Source: Chiloscyllium plagiosum (Eukaryota). Taken from it: 64,000 nucleotides of DNA. A program made the position numbers and the translations under genes. Each line of letters opens with the position of its first letter. The first letter of the stretch is position 1. The notes below the pieces were generated by a model, which saw only the letters and a program-made list of their open reading frames with translations, ran no database searches and was not told the origin of the DNA. The stretch covers positions 60,163,051 to 60,227,050 of the forward strand of contig NC_057719.1 of NCBI RefSeq assembly GCF_004010195.1, given 5' to 3'. Below, piece by piece: positions 36,587 through 47,990 of this stretch.

Positions 36587-39500
36587 CTTTATTTTTAAAA
36601 TATAATTTTATTGAAAATAGATTTTCTAATATTACAATAAATACAAGACAATACCATTCAAAACAATACAAAGAAAGAACACCTAAAAAAGTAAAAAACC
36701 CAAACCACTCTCATGTACAAATGCATCAATATATACAGAAAAAAATATATAAACCTCTAACTACTTAACTAAATAAATAATAACCAACACCAAACTAATA
36801 AATAATAATAACACAGCTCAGCCAAACAAACACTCACTCTCAAATATCAAGAGCATTAATTTTCACATATTCATATGTTTACAGTTCCCCCGTCTGGATA
36901 TTGGACTCGTAAAGCACAATCGTTACAGCTATATGAAAGCCCTTATTAGTTGTGTCCAAATATTCCAAAAAGGGCTGCCATGTCTTACAGAAATTCTCAG
37001 TCTTGAGGTGTACCACACTTGTGAGAAAATTCAAGGGGATAAGCTCCATAACAATCTTCCGCCAACCCGACAGACCCGGGGGATTTTCGGATACCCAACC
37101 TAACAAGATATTCTTTCTTGCGCAGAAAGTGAGGATGTTGAAAAGTTGTTTCTTATGCGCATCTACAGGGAATGCACTGGGCAGGCCCAGAAGAAGAGAG
37201 ATTGGGTCCTTTTCCACCCTTACACAGTGTTCCAGTATGTTTGAAGCCTACCACAGAACCAGAGACAATGGGTAAGAGTGCCTGTACCAACTTTGCACTT
37301 GGGACATGGTGAAGATATCCCTGGTTTAAATTTTGACAAACGATCTGGAGCCAGGTGAACCCTGTGGAGAATCTTCAACTGCAAAGCATGGGTCCTATTG
37401 CAAATTGATATCTTTCTTGCGTTTTCCCAAATATCTTCCCATGCCTCTGAGGAGACCTTAACACCTAGCTCTCTCCCACACCTTGCAGAGTCGATCGAAC
37501 TCATCTGAGGGGGCAACCCCCAACTGATGATATAAACTGCTGACAGAAAGTGTACTCTTAGCACTGAACACCCTCCTCTCTCTGTCAGATTTGTAGGGAT
37601 CAGTCAAAAGTGTAATTTTTAAAAATAAAATCCCTAACTTGAAAAAAAGCAAAAGAGGTCCCTGTTAGACAGCTCATATTTCTGTGCTAACTGATCGAAG
37701 GACATCGTTGTGTCTCCCACAAATAAATCGGCCGTGCAAGACACACCTCTAGCTGCTCAATGTTTGAATTCTGAATCTATCATCCCTGGTTAAAAACCCA
37801 GCATACCCACTCTAAGTATAAGAGAAGATATTTTGCCAATATTGCCTTCCCTCTACTGAATTGCCCTCCATGCTGTAACAGTATTAATAACTATTGGGTT
37901 ATGGCAATATTCCCTATATGTCCTCATTTTGTCCAAAAAGAGCAAGCTAGTAAAGGGGCACTCTGCCTGAGATGTTTCAATATCTAACCCACAATCCCAA
38001 TCACTCACGTAAGATAAAATTAAGCTTAGCCAATAGTTTTTAAAGTCTGGGAGATCCACTCCCCCCAATCTGTGAGGCAGTTGTATTTTAGCTAATTTAA
38101 TAAGGGGCCGCTTGCGATGTCAGTAAAAGAGCTGAACCAGCCGTTCAGTGTCCTGAATGTTTGCTTGTCGAAAATCGGGGGGGGGGGCATCCGTATAGGG
38201 TACAACGAATGGGGAGAATATTCATCTTAATAAGCGCTATCCAACCCAACCATGAGACTGGAAACGCTTCCCACCTTTGAAGGTCTTGTTTGATTTTGTT
38301 GAATAATTGAACAAAATTAGCTTTGAACAACCAATCAAGAACTGGTGTGATGAATGTGCCCAAACACACAAAACCCCCCTGCAGCCTCTTGAATGGGAAT
38401 CGATATTCACACTCAAGACCTAGCACCTTCGCAAGACCACCCATGGGCACAGCCTCTGATTTTGCAAAAAAAACCTTGTACGCTGAAAAGATGCCAAATG
38501 TGCTGATGCATTGTATCAAGCAAGACACCAAAACTGCTGGATTTGACAAAAAAAATGAGGATATTGTCTGCAGACAACAAAATTTGATGTAATTTTTAAC
38601 CCAACTTCTGGAGCCGATATATGATGCTCCTTACAAATGATCTCTGCCAATGGTTCAATCACCAATGTAAAAAGCAGTGGCGAAAGGGGGCAGCCCTGCC
38701 GGCTGCCCCTTAAAAATATTAAAATTGCTTGATCGTACCCTATTGGTGATGACTGCAGCGAGACGGTCACTGTAGAGAACCTTTACCCATCTTATAAAGG
38801 CTTTGCCCAAGCCTAACCACTCCAGAGTATAAAAAAGGTACGGCCACTCAACTCAGTCAAGTGCCTTCTCTGCATCTAGAGAAATCAACAACTGACACAC
38901 TTGAATTACATTAAGCAGCCTCCTAACATTATTGGAGGATCTGCGATCCTTTATGAAGCTTGTCTGATCCTCTTTAACAATAGAAGGTTTCCAGCTTTAA
39001 CACAAGAGTTTTAGAGGTGATTTAAAAGTCCACAATTAAGAGTGAAAACGGCCTGTACGAAGCACAGTCCTCTGGGACCTTCCCTTTTTTAAGAATAAGT
39101 GAAGTATTGGCCTCTCTCAGAGATGGCGGAATGCGATCATGACTGCATGAGTCATTGAACATGTTGCGCATCGGACCTGACAATATGTTTATAAATTCCT
39201 TATAGAATTCATTGGGAAGTCCATCAGGACCAGGTACCTTTCCACTCTGTTTCACAGCCTCCTGCACGTCTTGCTCTGATAAGGGGGCATTGAGAAAAGA
39301 CTCTTGTTTGGGGGTCACATCCGGGAGCTCCAGATCCTGGAAAAACCCTCAGGTTGGTATAACTTAGAGTAACATCTCTGGAAAACCAAATTAATCTTTT
39401 TGAAATCATGTTAGATTCCCAGACTCTTCGCTAATCAATGTAATGGTTTCTGGGGCACACCTTTTCCTGGCAGATATGCTAGGTACTTGCTTGGCTTGTC

Positions 39501-41900
39501 AACATGCTCATATAGCTTTTGCTTTGTGAAAGTAAGCTCCTTCTTTGCTGTCTGCATGAGCATGGAATTCAATGCAGACCACAGCGCTGTAATCCTCTGT
39601 AGTTTGACCAACAAGATTCTGTCAAAATAAGCCTTCTCAGCTGCCTTCAACCATGCTTTAAGGAGGCATTGCTGTTTGCCCTTATGCCACTTCCTATTGG
39701 CAGAGTAGGAAATAACTAACCACCTGGCATAGGCTTTGGCAGTTTCCCAAAGGACAGACGGGCTACTCACCGAGCCTGAGTTAATGTTGAGGAACGCCTG
39801 AAATTCCTGAGAGAAGTACTCCACAAATTTCTTCTTCTGAAGGGAAAAGGGATCCATTCAGTAGAGCCTCCGGCTCACTGGAGCATCCTTAACCTTAACC
39901 AACAGGTACTCTGGAGCGTGATCAGAGATGGTAATATTGCTAATCGTACAAGATGCCACCAAGTCCAGGGTTTCCACAGGGATCAGAGAAAAATCAATCC
40001 TGGTATGACATCTGTGCGGATTGGAAAATCTCTGGCTGTAGAGTGGAGACGCTTCCAGGCATCCACCAAACTTAATTCCACACACAGATCCATTAATTGT
40101 TTAGTTTGTTAGGAGGGTATCGGGGTGGGGGGCCTTTAGGCAACCTGTCCACTGTGGGATCCATGAGACAATTAAAATCTCCCCCTATAATGATATGCTG
40201 GGACTCAAGACTGATCAACTTAGGGAACACAGCTCAGTCGTTAGCACTGCTGTCTCACAGCGCTCGGGTTCCGGTTTCGATTCCAGCCTCGGGCAACTGT
40301 CTGTGTGGAGTTTGCACACTCTCCCCCTGTCTGTGTGGGTTTGCTCCAGTTTCCTCCCATAGTCCAAAGATGTACAGATCAGATGAACTGACCATGCTAA
40401 ATTGCCCATAGTGTTAGGTGCATAGGAAATGGGTCTGGGTGAGTTACTCTTCAGAGGGTCGGTGTGGACTTGTTGGGCTGAAGGGCCTGTTTCCACACTG
40501 TAGGTAACCTAATCTACCAGAGATTTGACGGGATGGTCTGGAGGTCAATAAACATTTAAAACACCTTTTTCTTCTCCGTTTATCAGGGCTTTGAGAATTA
40601 CAAGCCTCCCGTGTGTTTCTTTAACACACTCTCGTAACTTAAATGGGAGATTCCTCCTAACCAATATCACCATTCCCCTACTTCTGGTATTAAGAGATGA
40701 AAAGTAAACCCGATCAAAGCCATTCTGCTGTAATTTCAAATGTTTACTATCATCCAAGTGTGTCTCCTGTAACAAAGCAATATCTACCTTCTCCTTTCTA
40801 AGACTTAAAAGTAGCTTCTTCCTCTTAATCGGTGAGTGACTCCTCTTGATATTCCAGGTACATCATTTAATCAAGTCATTAGCCATAACCTACTGCAGTA
40901 ACATTTAGATTTCAGAGAGGAGGAACTCGAACCTTCGGATCCTTCCCCTGGATTCTGGAAGCTTCCACGATTCTCTCCTTATCTCTACAATGATGAAACT
41001 GCACCAAGATAGGACCAGGACGTTGATCCACATCTGACCTCCATGCCACAACCCAGTGAGCCCTCTCATTCTTCAAGCCTCTCATTCCAGCCTCCAAGTT
41101 AAGGAATTTCGGCAATTGGTCCACAATAAATCCCCCCGGCCTCTCACCTTCCTTACCCTCTGGCAGACCGAAGATTTGAATATTTTTTCTCCTGCCCCTG
41201 GTCTCCAGGTCATCATCTTGGTCAAGCAAATTATGGACCTGCATCACCAGGGCTTGGATCCTATTCTTGGAGGAACCAGTATCAGCTTTGATCATTACTG
41301 CTCTGTGTTCTCCCTCAGCCTTCCTTTGCTCCAGGTCTCCCAGCTGCTGTTCATGCTTCTGCAGCATGATAGAGATCAGGGCCAGCTTCTCCTCTATCTG
41401 TTTACTCACCATCTCATGAGATTTTGTGAACTTCTTCACCAGGGGCCTGGTAAGAAATCATGTCCAAGGATCCTGCAGCCTGGGCCGCTCCTGATCTCTT
41501 CTTCAACATCTCTGAATGGTTAAAACCAAGGTAAATTAATTTTTTAACAGTTTCCTGGGACTCCACAACCTTTCCAGAGTCCCAGGATATCGTGGTGGTC
41601 CGGGCAGGTTGGTTTAAAAGTTTGTCCTGTTTGCGCTGTGGTGTAGAGTTCTGCAACACGATCTTCCTAGATCGCTGCCATCTTGGATCCCCCCCATCTT
41701 CATTCTTGAGTTCAAATTTCTCCATGGCCTTGCATCTCCAAGTCTCTGCAACCTACTCCAGAATTACAACTTTGTATTTTTCTCATTCTGATTTTGTACA
41801 GATTTCTCATTTTGTTTACTTCATTGCTGGCAGCTCTATCTTTGATCCCCTAACCTTTGGAATACCATCCTTAAAGAAAGTGAAGAGGAGGAAAGTTTAA
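36587..41900 (-). mobile_element. Near-full-length decayed L1-clade LINE (ORF1, ORF2 with APE endonuclease, RT, Cys-rich C-terminus)
   Basis: ORF1 40912..41439 (coiled coil, DLETRGRRKNIQIFGLPEGKE, ERAH). ORF2 starts at ~40886 (MAND..TWNIKR..PIKRKK) with [51 protein letters not shown] and CPKCK..GTLTHCLW. AATAAA and A-rich tail near 36587-36612. Many stops and frameshifts. Confidence 0.93.
40223..40516 (+). mobile_element. HE1-type V-SINE inserted into the L1 endonuclease region
   Basis: GTTAGCACTGCTGTCTCACAGCGC..TTCGATTCCAGCC..TGTGTGGAGTTTGCAC. L1 ORF2 sequence lies on both sides. Confidence 0.92.
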
Positions 41901-43510
41901 GTCACCCCTTCAAATTTAAATTTTTTGAGCTACAATGAGTTTAAATCTAGCTGAGTGTAATGTAATCAAATGTTCTCCATATGTTATGTTCCCTAGGTTT
42001 GACTTAAAGTATTATCCTCTCTTGCTGAAAGCATTAGATTTAAAATGGGAAACGCTTTCACATCACAGAAAAATAACACAAGTAACTTGCAAGAAGACCT
42101 AATGGACTATCAGCTTGCCTATCTCCTGCAGTCTCATCTGATTTTTATTTTAATTGCCAAGTCTCTCAAGAAGTTTTTTCCTGAACTGACCTGTCCATGA
42201 GGAGATTTGGGAACAGATCATTTATATAAACCAGACATTTCTCCACCAAATGTCTTCCTTCTGATAGAACCTAACACCTGAAATTGAGAGAGAAAAATAA
42301 CATTGTTGCAGGTCTGTGATGTCTTTGGCAATAATAAAAACCGATGGTGGCAAGGATCTTAGTTACAATTCAAAAATAGCAGCTAGAAGGTTTCTCTCTC
42401 TGATCCTTTTCACCTTGATCTTCTGTACAGTTTCTTTAGGCAGTGCACAGGCCCAGTTCAGAACTTTAAAACTGAGTAGGACATAATTCCTTCCAAGTTC
42501 TTTGCAGCATCCTGAGATTAGAAAGCCACATCAGGCAATAAGCAAACAGAAATCAATAATGATTTTTCCAGTTTATGTTCAGATATTTTCAAAAAAATCA
42601 ACAGAAATATCATCAATAATATGGTTTTGTATAAGCACAGCCATTTATGTTTGTGCATATTTTCCTTCACTTCATTTTTGAGCTATGAAAAAGATATTAT
42701 TAGTTAAGTTCCATTCAGTCCATTTGTGCAACAACTGTATGGTGGAAATGATGATTTGGTGATAGTTATTTAATCTGTTGAATATCATGTATACTGATGC
42801 AGATTCCATGTTTCAAGAGTTTAGAAATAGAAACAACCTGCTGCTATTGGGCAGTCTTAACATAGCAAAATATCTCACAGACACTTCACATTTCTAACAG
42901 AATAACAGGCCATCGAACTGAAGAAGATATTAAGACAGAGTGAGCAAAAAAAAAGATTGAATAAATTAGTTTGAAAAATGGAGAGGCAGGTGAAGGACAT
43001 AGATGATTAGGTGGGAAATTACAGAGGAATTAGCCAGGTGGTTGAATGCAGTTTCCATTGGTAGAGAAAGAGAGGAGGGATGCCTGCAAGACTAAAGTCA
43101 GGAGAATGGAAAGGAAAATAGGCTCCAGAAAACCTGAATAATAAAGGATTAAATATGCTGACAGAATCTGAATCAAGATTATTTCTAAAACAAATTAGAA
43201 CAAACCAGAACAGATGTGAAATGTAGCTTTTCAGCTACTTTTAGCTGTTGCAGAAATGCATTAACTGAAAACATACATGTTTTGACTGAGGATATTCTAT
43301 TTGTATAGTTTGGTTTGATATTATGAAGGTGTATTCAAAAATGCACTTGGTTTATGTCTACACATATTTCAGTTGTAAGCTAACAGTGTAAGCTATTTTT
43401 TCAGTAGAATCATCTGTCTCTACCTCTTGTGAATACATTGAGATATATTCTGAAGAATTACATATTTATATTGCTCAGTGGAAGAAGTAATTTATCCCCA
43501 TATAGGCTGA

Positions 43511-43597
43511 GAAATGGTCACCCGACCTGAAGCATTAACTCTAATTTCTCATGCTACCAGATCTGCTGAGCTTTTCCAGCAACTTCTGCTTTTGTTT
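43511..43597 (+). mobile_element. Single-arm Penelope pseudo-LTR fragment (family B) with decayed TSD
   Basis: ATGCTACCAGATCTGCTGAGCTTTTCCAGCAACTTCTG matches the arm at ~6150-6190. Flanked by CCCATATAGGCTGA / CCCATTTAGGTTGA (43497-43510, 43598-43611). Confidence 0.7.
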
Positions 43598-44718
43598 CCC
43601 ATTTAGGTTGATCTGACTGTGAGAAGACTGGATTATTTTGCTGTTCTACAACTTTTCTACATTGTCATACTTAACAGCAGCAGACTATTCAAACATTTGT
43701 GTACGTCCCTTTCACAATAGTGATAAATAGTATAATTGAATTTTAACTTCGATCATCTGATAGTTACACCTGAAGCATTACATTCGTCAATTATTTTTGA
43801 ATGAATAAACATGGGCAGAACATGGCTGCAGTGGTCACATGTCTAGAAACCGAGGCAAGCTTTGTGAAACCTTTCTGGAATAAACAAAGCTATCGTAAAG
43901 GCATTAACATCAAGCAACTGTGATTCCAAGAAATGTGCATTTCCTATTTAATTCACATATATTTGATAATGACGCATTGGGATATGAAAGGCTCACCTTT
44001 CAGTTAGCCAGTTTGGAAAGGTATTGTAGCTACACTCAAGGACACACACAATCATATTTCAATAACTGTTTTTGAGCAGTAAAGAGAAGGAAAAAGTGAT
44101 TTTTTGACAACAAGAGCTGGAACTCCTCCCCCACCCTTCTTTCCTCCCCTCTCCCTCACTGCACTGTTCTTTTCATCATTTCAGTTAACAGCACCCAGTG
44201 CAAAAAACAATTTGCAAAAGTGACTATTTATTGCAAACTCAAATATATCTACAAATTCTGGTAATGCTACAACTACAAGTCAACAATTAACTAACAGTGA
44301 CCTCAGGTTTTAAATATAACACCTTACGTACTCTAAGCACTTATAAACTACACATCCTCATTTGTTCCTGTCTTCACAAGAAACTCTTCACTTTTAAACT
44401 TCTTACCTGTGTTTGTGTTTCTGTGTGATACACATTTTGTTCTTTTCTTACTGGGATTAGTAGTTCATAAAATTCCTATTTCATTCACTCAAGAAAATCT
44501 CGGTATTTGGCTCCATCATTTTCGAGTGAATTATATTTTGATTGAAAAGTGGTACAGTTTGCAAAAAAGAATTTTTTACATAAGCATTGCAAACAACTGA
44601 GAAGGGACTAAAGAGGCGAGAGTCTATTCTCTTTTACCTGGTTTTAAAACTCTACATACTTTCATACATGTATTTCTGTTAACGTATGTATTAAACCTCT
44701 AAGTACATATGTACATAT

Positions 44719-44816
44719 GTGGAAGAAGTAATTCATCCCCATATATGCTGAGAAATGGTCACCCGACCTGAAGCATTAACTCTGATTTCTCATGCTACCA
44801 GATCTGCTGAGCTTTT
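44719..44816 (+). repeat. 98-bp near-identical copy of 43478-43575
   Basis: I count 3 substitutions over 98 bp. The copy includes non-element flank plus part of the Penelope fragment. Confidence 0.92.
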
Positions 44817-45462
44817 AAACAGTACAATAACAACATGACAGCTAGGAGATATGACCAAACAACCTGTAAAGTATCCAAGTGTAGCTCCAATATGAAATGC
44901 AATAATAGTGGATTAGAATGAACTGCACAAAAAGAACACCTTTGTTTGAGCATTAGTTTGGAAGCTCCAACCAGCAGCAATATGGATAGTGAAGTAAAAG
45001 ATCCTTTGATCCTTTAATCGTTTTATTCAAAGTTAAGATACAAAAGCACAAGCTGAGTAACAATGTTATGAGTCTCCATGAAAACTGAATTGATCTACAT
45101 CAATTGTGTGCGCTTGCTTATTACTGCTGAAATTGTTTCTCATGTTTTTTTTTGATCAGTTCTGTCCATTTCTCCCTCTAACCCACAAGTTTGCCATTTA
45201 AAACTCATTTTTGCCTCCTTACTGAAGAGAAACAATCACACTGTAGTCTATAACTGGGTTGTGATGGACTGTGATTATGTTTAAACCATAGGAGTTAATA
45301 AATATAGATCTGCAGGGTTACAAATATTGATTTCCAGGAATGCTACTGTTTCAGAAAATTATATTTTTCAGAGCTCAAAGATGAGAACTATATCACAATA
45401 TTTTTTAAAATAACTAACCCACTTAGATCTGAGATGTGCAACCTTAACTATCCTGCAATTAT

Positions 45463-45644
45463 GAGAAAGTGAGGACTGCAGATGCTGGAGATCAGAGCTG
45501 AAAAATGTGTTGCTGGAAAAGCGCAGCAGGTCAGGCAGCATCCAAGAAGCAGAAGAATCGACGTTTCGGGCATTGTCCTGAAGAATGCTCAGGATGCTGC
45601 TCCTTGGATGCTGCCTGACCTGCTGCGCTTTTCCAGCAACATAT
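45463..45644. mobile_element. Palindromic Penelope-type pseudo-LTR insertion (family A) with rearranged centre
   Basis: Arms TGTTGCTGGAAAAGCGCAGCAGGTCAGGCAGCATCCAAG and their reverse complement. 14-bp TSD TATCCTGCAATTAT (45449-45462, 45645-45658). Confidence 0.85.
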
Positions 45645-46704
45645 TATCCTGCAATTATTTCCATTTTTCTTGTAAAGCCATAAAAGTTTATTCTGTAAGA
45701 TTACATGTGAAAATTTTTCATTTCACGAGTAAGACTGAGAAGATAGATACAATGTCACAGGTAGTCTTAAAGGTTTCTTTCTTTTCTAAAGCACAATCTT
45801 TTTTAAAAAATATCAAACTGCATTAGTACAATCAAGCTACACGAGGGGTTTGGGTTGCAGGTGGCTGCTTTACTCGAAAATGTTCAAGCTTGACTGACCC
45901 ATTTCATCAGCACTGTCAAAGACTTGCACTGATACATGTTGACAACATTTAATCTTAAAAATTGAAAGAAATGAATTAATATGCAAATTTCATCAGCTTT
46001 GTAATAAAAATGTCCTTGAAAAAAACAGAGAACATGACCCCTGAGGAATTCTATGAATTATCACAACCCAGCTCTCTTACTTAGTCTGGGACAAGATGGT
46101 CCACAAGGAAATCATTTGGGTTCATACTGAGAAATAATTATGTCGAAGAACAAAACAGAAGCAAGTTGAATACATTTACTGAGTTAGAAGAAATAAATAT
46201 CTAGATACCATTGTACTCACTTGGACTTAATGGAATTAATTTCATATTCAAAACCAAGAAATAACAATCTAATTCTCACCTAAAAGCAAAAAAAACTTCT
46301 TGATAAGGCAATGATAAGGCTTAAACTATGTAGAGGATGATGGCAGTGAAATAAACATCTTGGTAACTAGAACCTCAACTGCTGGCTCCATTCAAGTTTG
46401 TGAGGGAAAGGAGGTGGTCTCTTGTTTAACAATTCAACTTAATATAATAATATTTAAATAAGCCTCTTTAAATAATACAATTTAAATAATCACACTTTTC
46501 CTTCTGGAGCCTGGCCATGATCCCTAGCTGCATTTCACTTTTGGCAACCCAGCACAGTTTGTGAGTGTTATGTCTTTGGCAAGTTTACGTTTTTAAAGGT
46601 ATTCTGAAAATGCAAGCTACTGTTATTCAAATAGACATATCAGTGCCATTGAACCACTGAGAACAATGGACTTATGAATTCATGTAATTGGGAGATGCAT
46701 CCCC

Positions 46705-47560
46705 ATAGAGACACGTAAATTAGGAGCAGGAGCAGTAGTAGGAGTAGGCCATTTGGTTTTTTGAACCTTTCTGCCATTCAATATGATCATGATTGACCCT
46801 TTATCATATTCCTGCTTTATTTTCATACTGCCTTGATATCTTTAATATGTAAAAATTTATCAGTCTCTTTCGTGAACATACTCAGTGACCCAGCATCTGC
46901 AGATTTAGCAAATTCCATAGGTTGTCTACCTTCTGAGTGAAGAAATGTTTTGTCACAGACCCACATCGCTTACCCAATAGCTAGAGATTGTGGTCCCTTG
47001 TTCAAGGCTCTCCAACAAGGAGTAACATCCTCTCAGCATCCAGTCAGTTCAACCCAGTTAGAATTTTATACATTTCAATCAGATCTCCCCTCATTCTTTT
47101 AAGCTCAAGTGAATGCAGGCCCAGTCAAAGAAATCTCCTGGTATCACCCTAGTGAATTTTTGCTCCTCTCCCTCTGCGGCAAACATATCTTCTCTTAGGT
47201 AAAGAGACCAAAACTACATACAATATTTCAGCAAATTACTAAGGTCTGTACAATTGCAATAGGATATCTCCATTTCTGAACTCAAGTTCTATTGCAATGA
47301 GTGTTCAATACATCGCATCAGTTGTACGACACTTTGATCTTTTACTATAAATTCTGTGTCCCCTGATCCTGCCCCATTAGCTACCTGACAAAGGAGCAGT
47401 GCTCCAAAAGCTTGTATTTCCAAATAAACCTGTTGGACTATAACCTGGTGTGTGATTTTTAACTTTGTTGCATTGAAGACCAATATACCATTTGTCTACT
47501 ATAACTACTTGCTGCAAATGCTAGTTCACTTTCATTGATCAGTGCACGGAGACACCTGGT
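46705..47560 (-). mobile_element. Decayed CR1-clade LINE 3' fragment
   Basis: TAGGAGCAGGAG..GTAGGCCATTTG tail pattern and TTTCAATCAGATCTCCCCTCATTCTT (reverse complement = RMRGDLIE). Confidence 0.8.
47300..47466 (+). mobile_element. Decayed Penelope pseudo-LTR fragment (family C) nested in CR1
   Basis: AAACCTGTTGGACTATAACCTGGTG..GTGATTTTTAACTTTGT is the reverse complement of 27215-27258. The hammerhead core is mutated (CTGACAAAGGAGCAGTGCTCCAAAAGCT). Confidence 0.8.
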
Positions 47561-47799
47561 CTCCTATAATGATGGGCAGAAATGGATGAGCAGAAATTCT
47601 AGGTCTGTCCCAATTTTCTCACTGATTACATTAGCTGAAGTGACAATCAGCATGCATCAAGAGGACTATCGATTTTAAAGATCTGTGTCTAGTGCCATCA
47701 GAAAAAAAAATATTAAGCCGAAACCTAACTTTCTTTTTGGCTAAGTCCAAGTTGTGTCAAATTTTTTGCCACAAGACCACATGAGTTCTTTTGCTGCTC

Positions 47800-47990
47800 T
47801 ATCTCACCACATGGTTTTCTCAGAACTTGCCACTCAGCAAGTGTCTGCCCAAGAGCCAGCATATATTGTACCCACACCATCTTAGAGAAACTGCTTGCAC
47901 CTGGTCATGCTTTAGCAACTTGTCATTGATTCTAAAAGGTATGATCACGGCACAGCAGCCAAAAAAATCATGCTGCCCATGGCACACTCT
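47800..47990 (+). pseudogene. Possible second Harbinger-type Myb/SANT-like gene remnant
   Basis: ORF 47791..48033 reads WFSQ..L..ILYP...RETACTW...ITAQQPKK, weakly matching FS..L..L....LFP...AW...RTAQQC.KK. Confidence 0.35.

Noticed and set aside
41056..41523. 155-aa plus-strand ORF
   Set aside because: Antisense shadow of L1 ORF1 with no independent evidence.
43807..43830. p53-like site (AAACATGGGC / GAACATGGCT)
   Set aside because: Several mismatches to RRRCWWGYYY; expected by chance.
47380..47420. Hammerhead-like motif as an active ribozyme (also 56482-56522 and 43507-43540)
   Set aside because: Core nucleotides are mutated, so these are treated as decayed copies.
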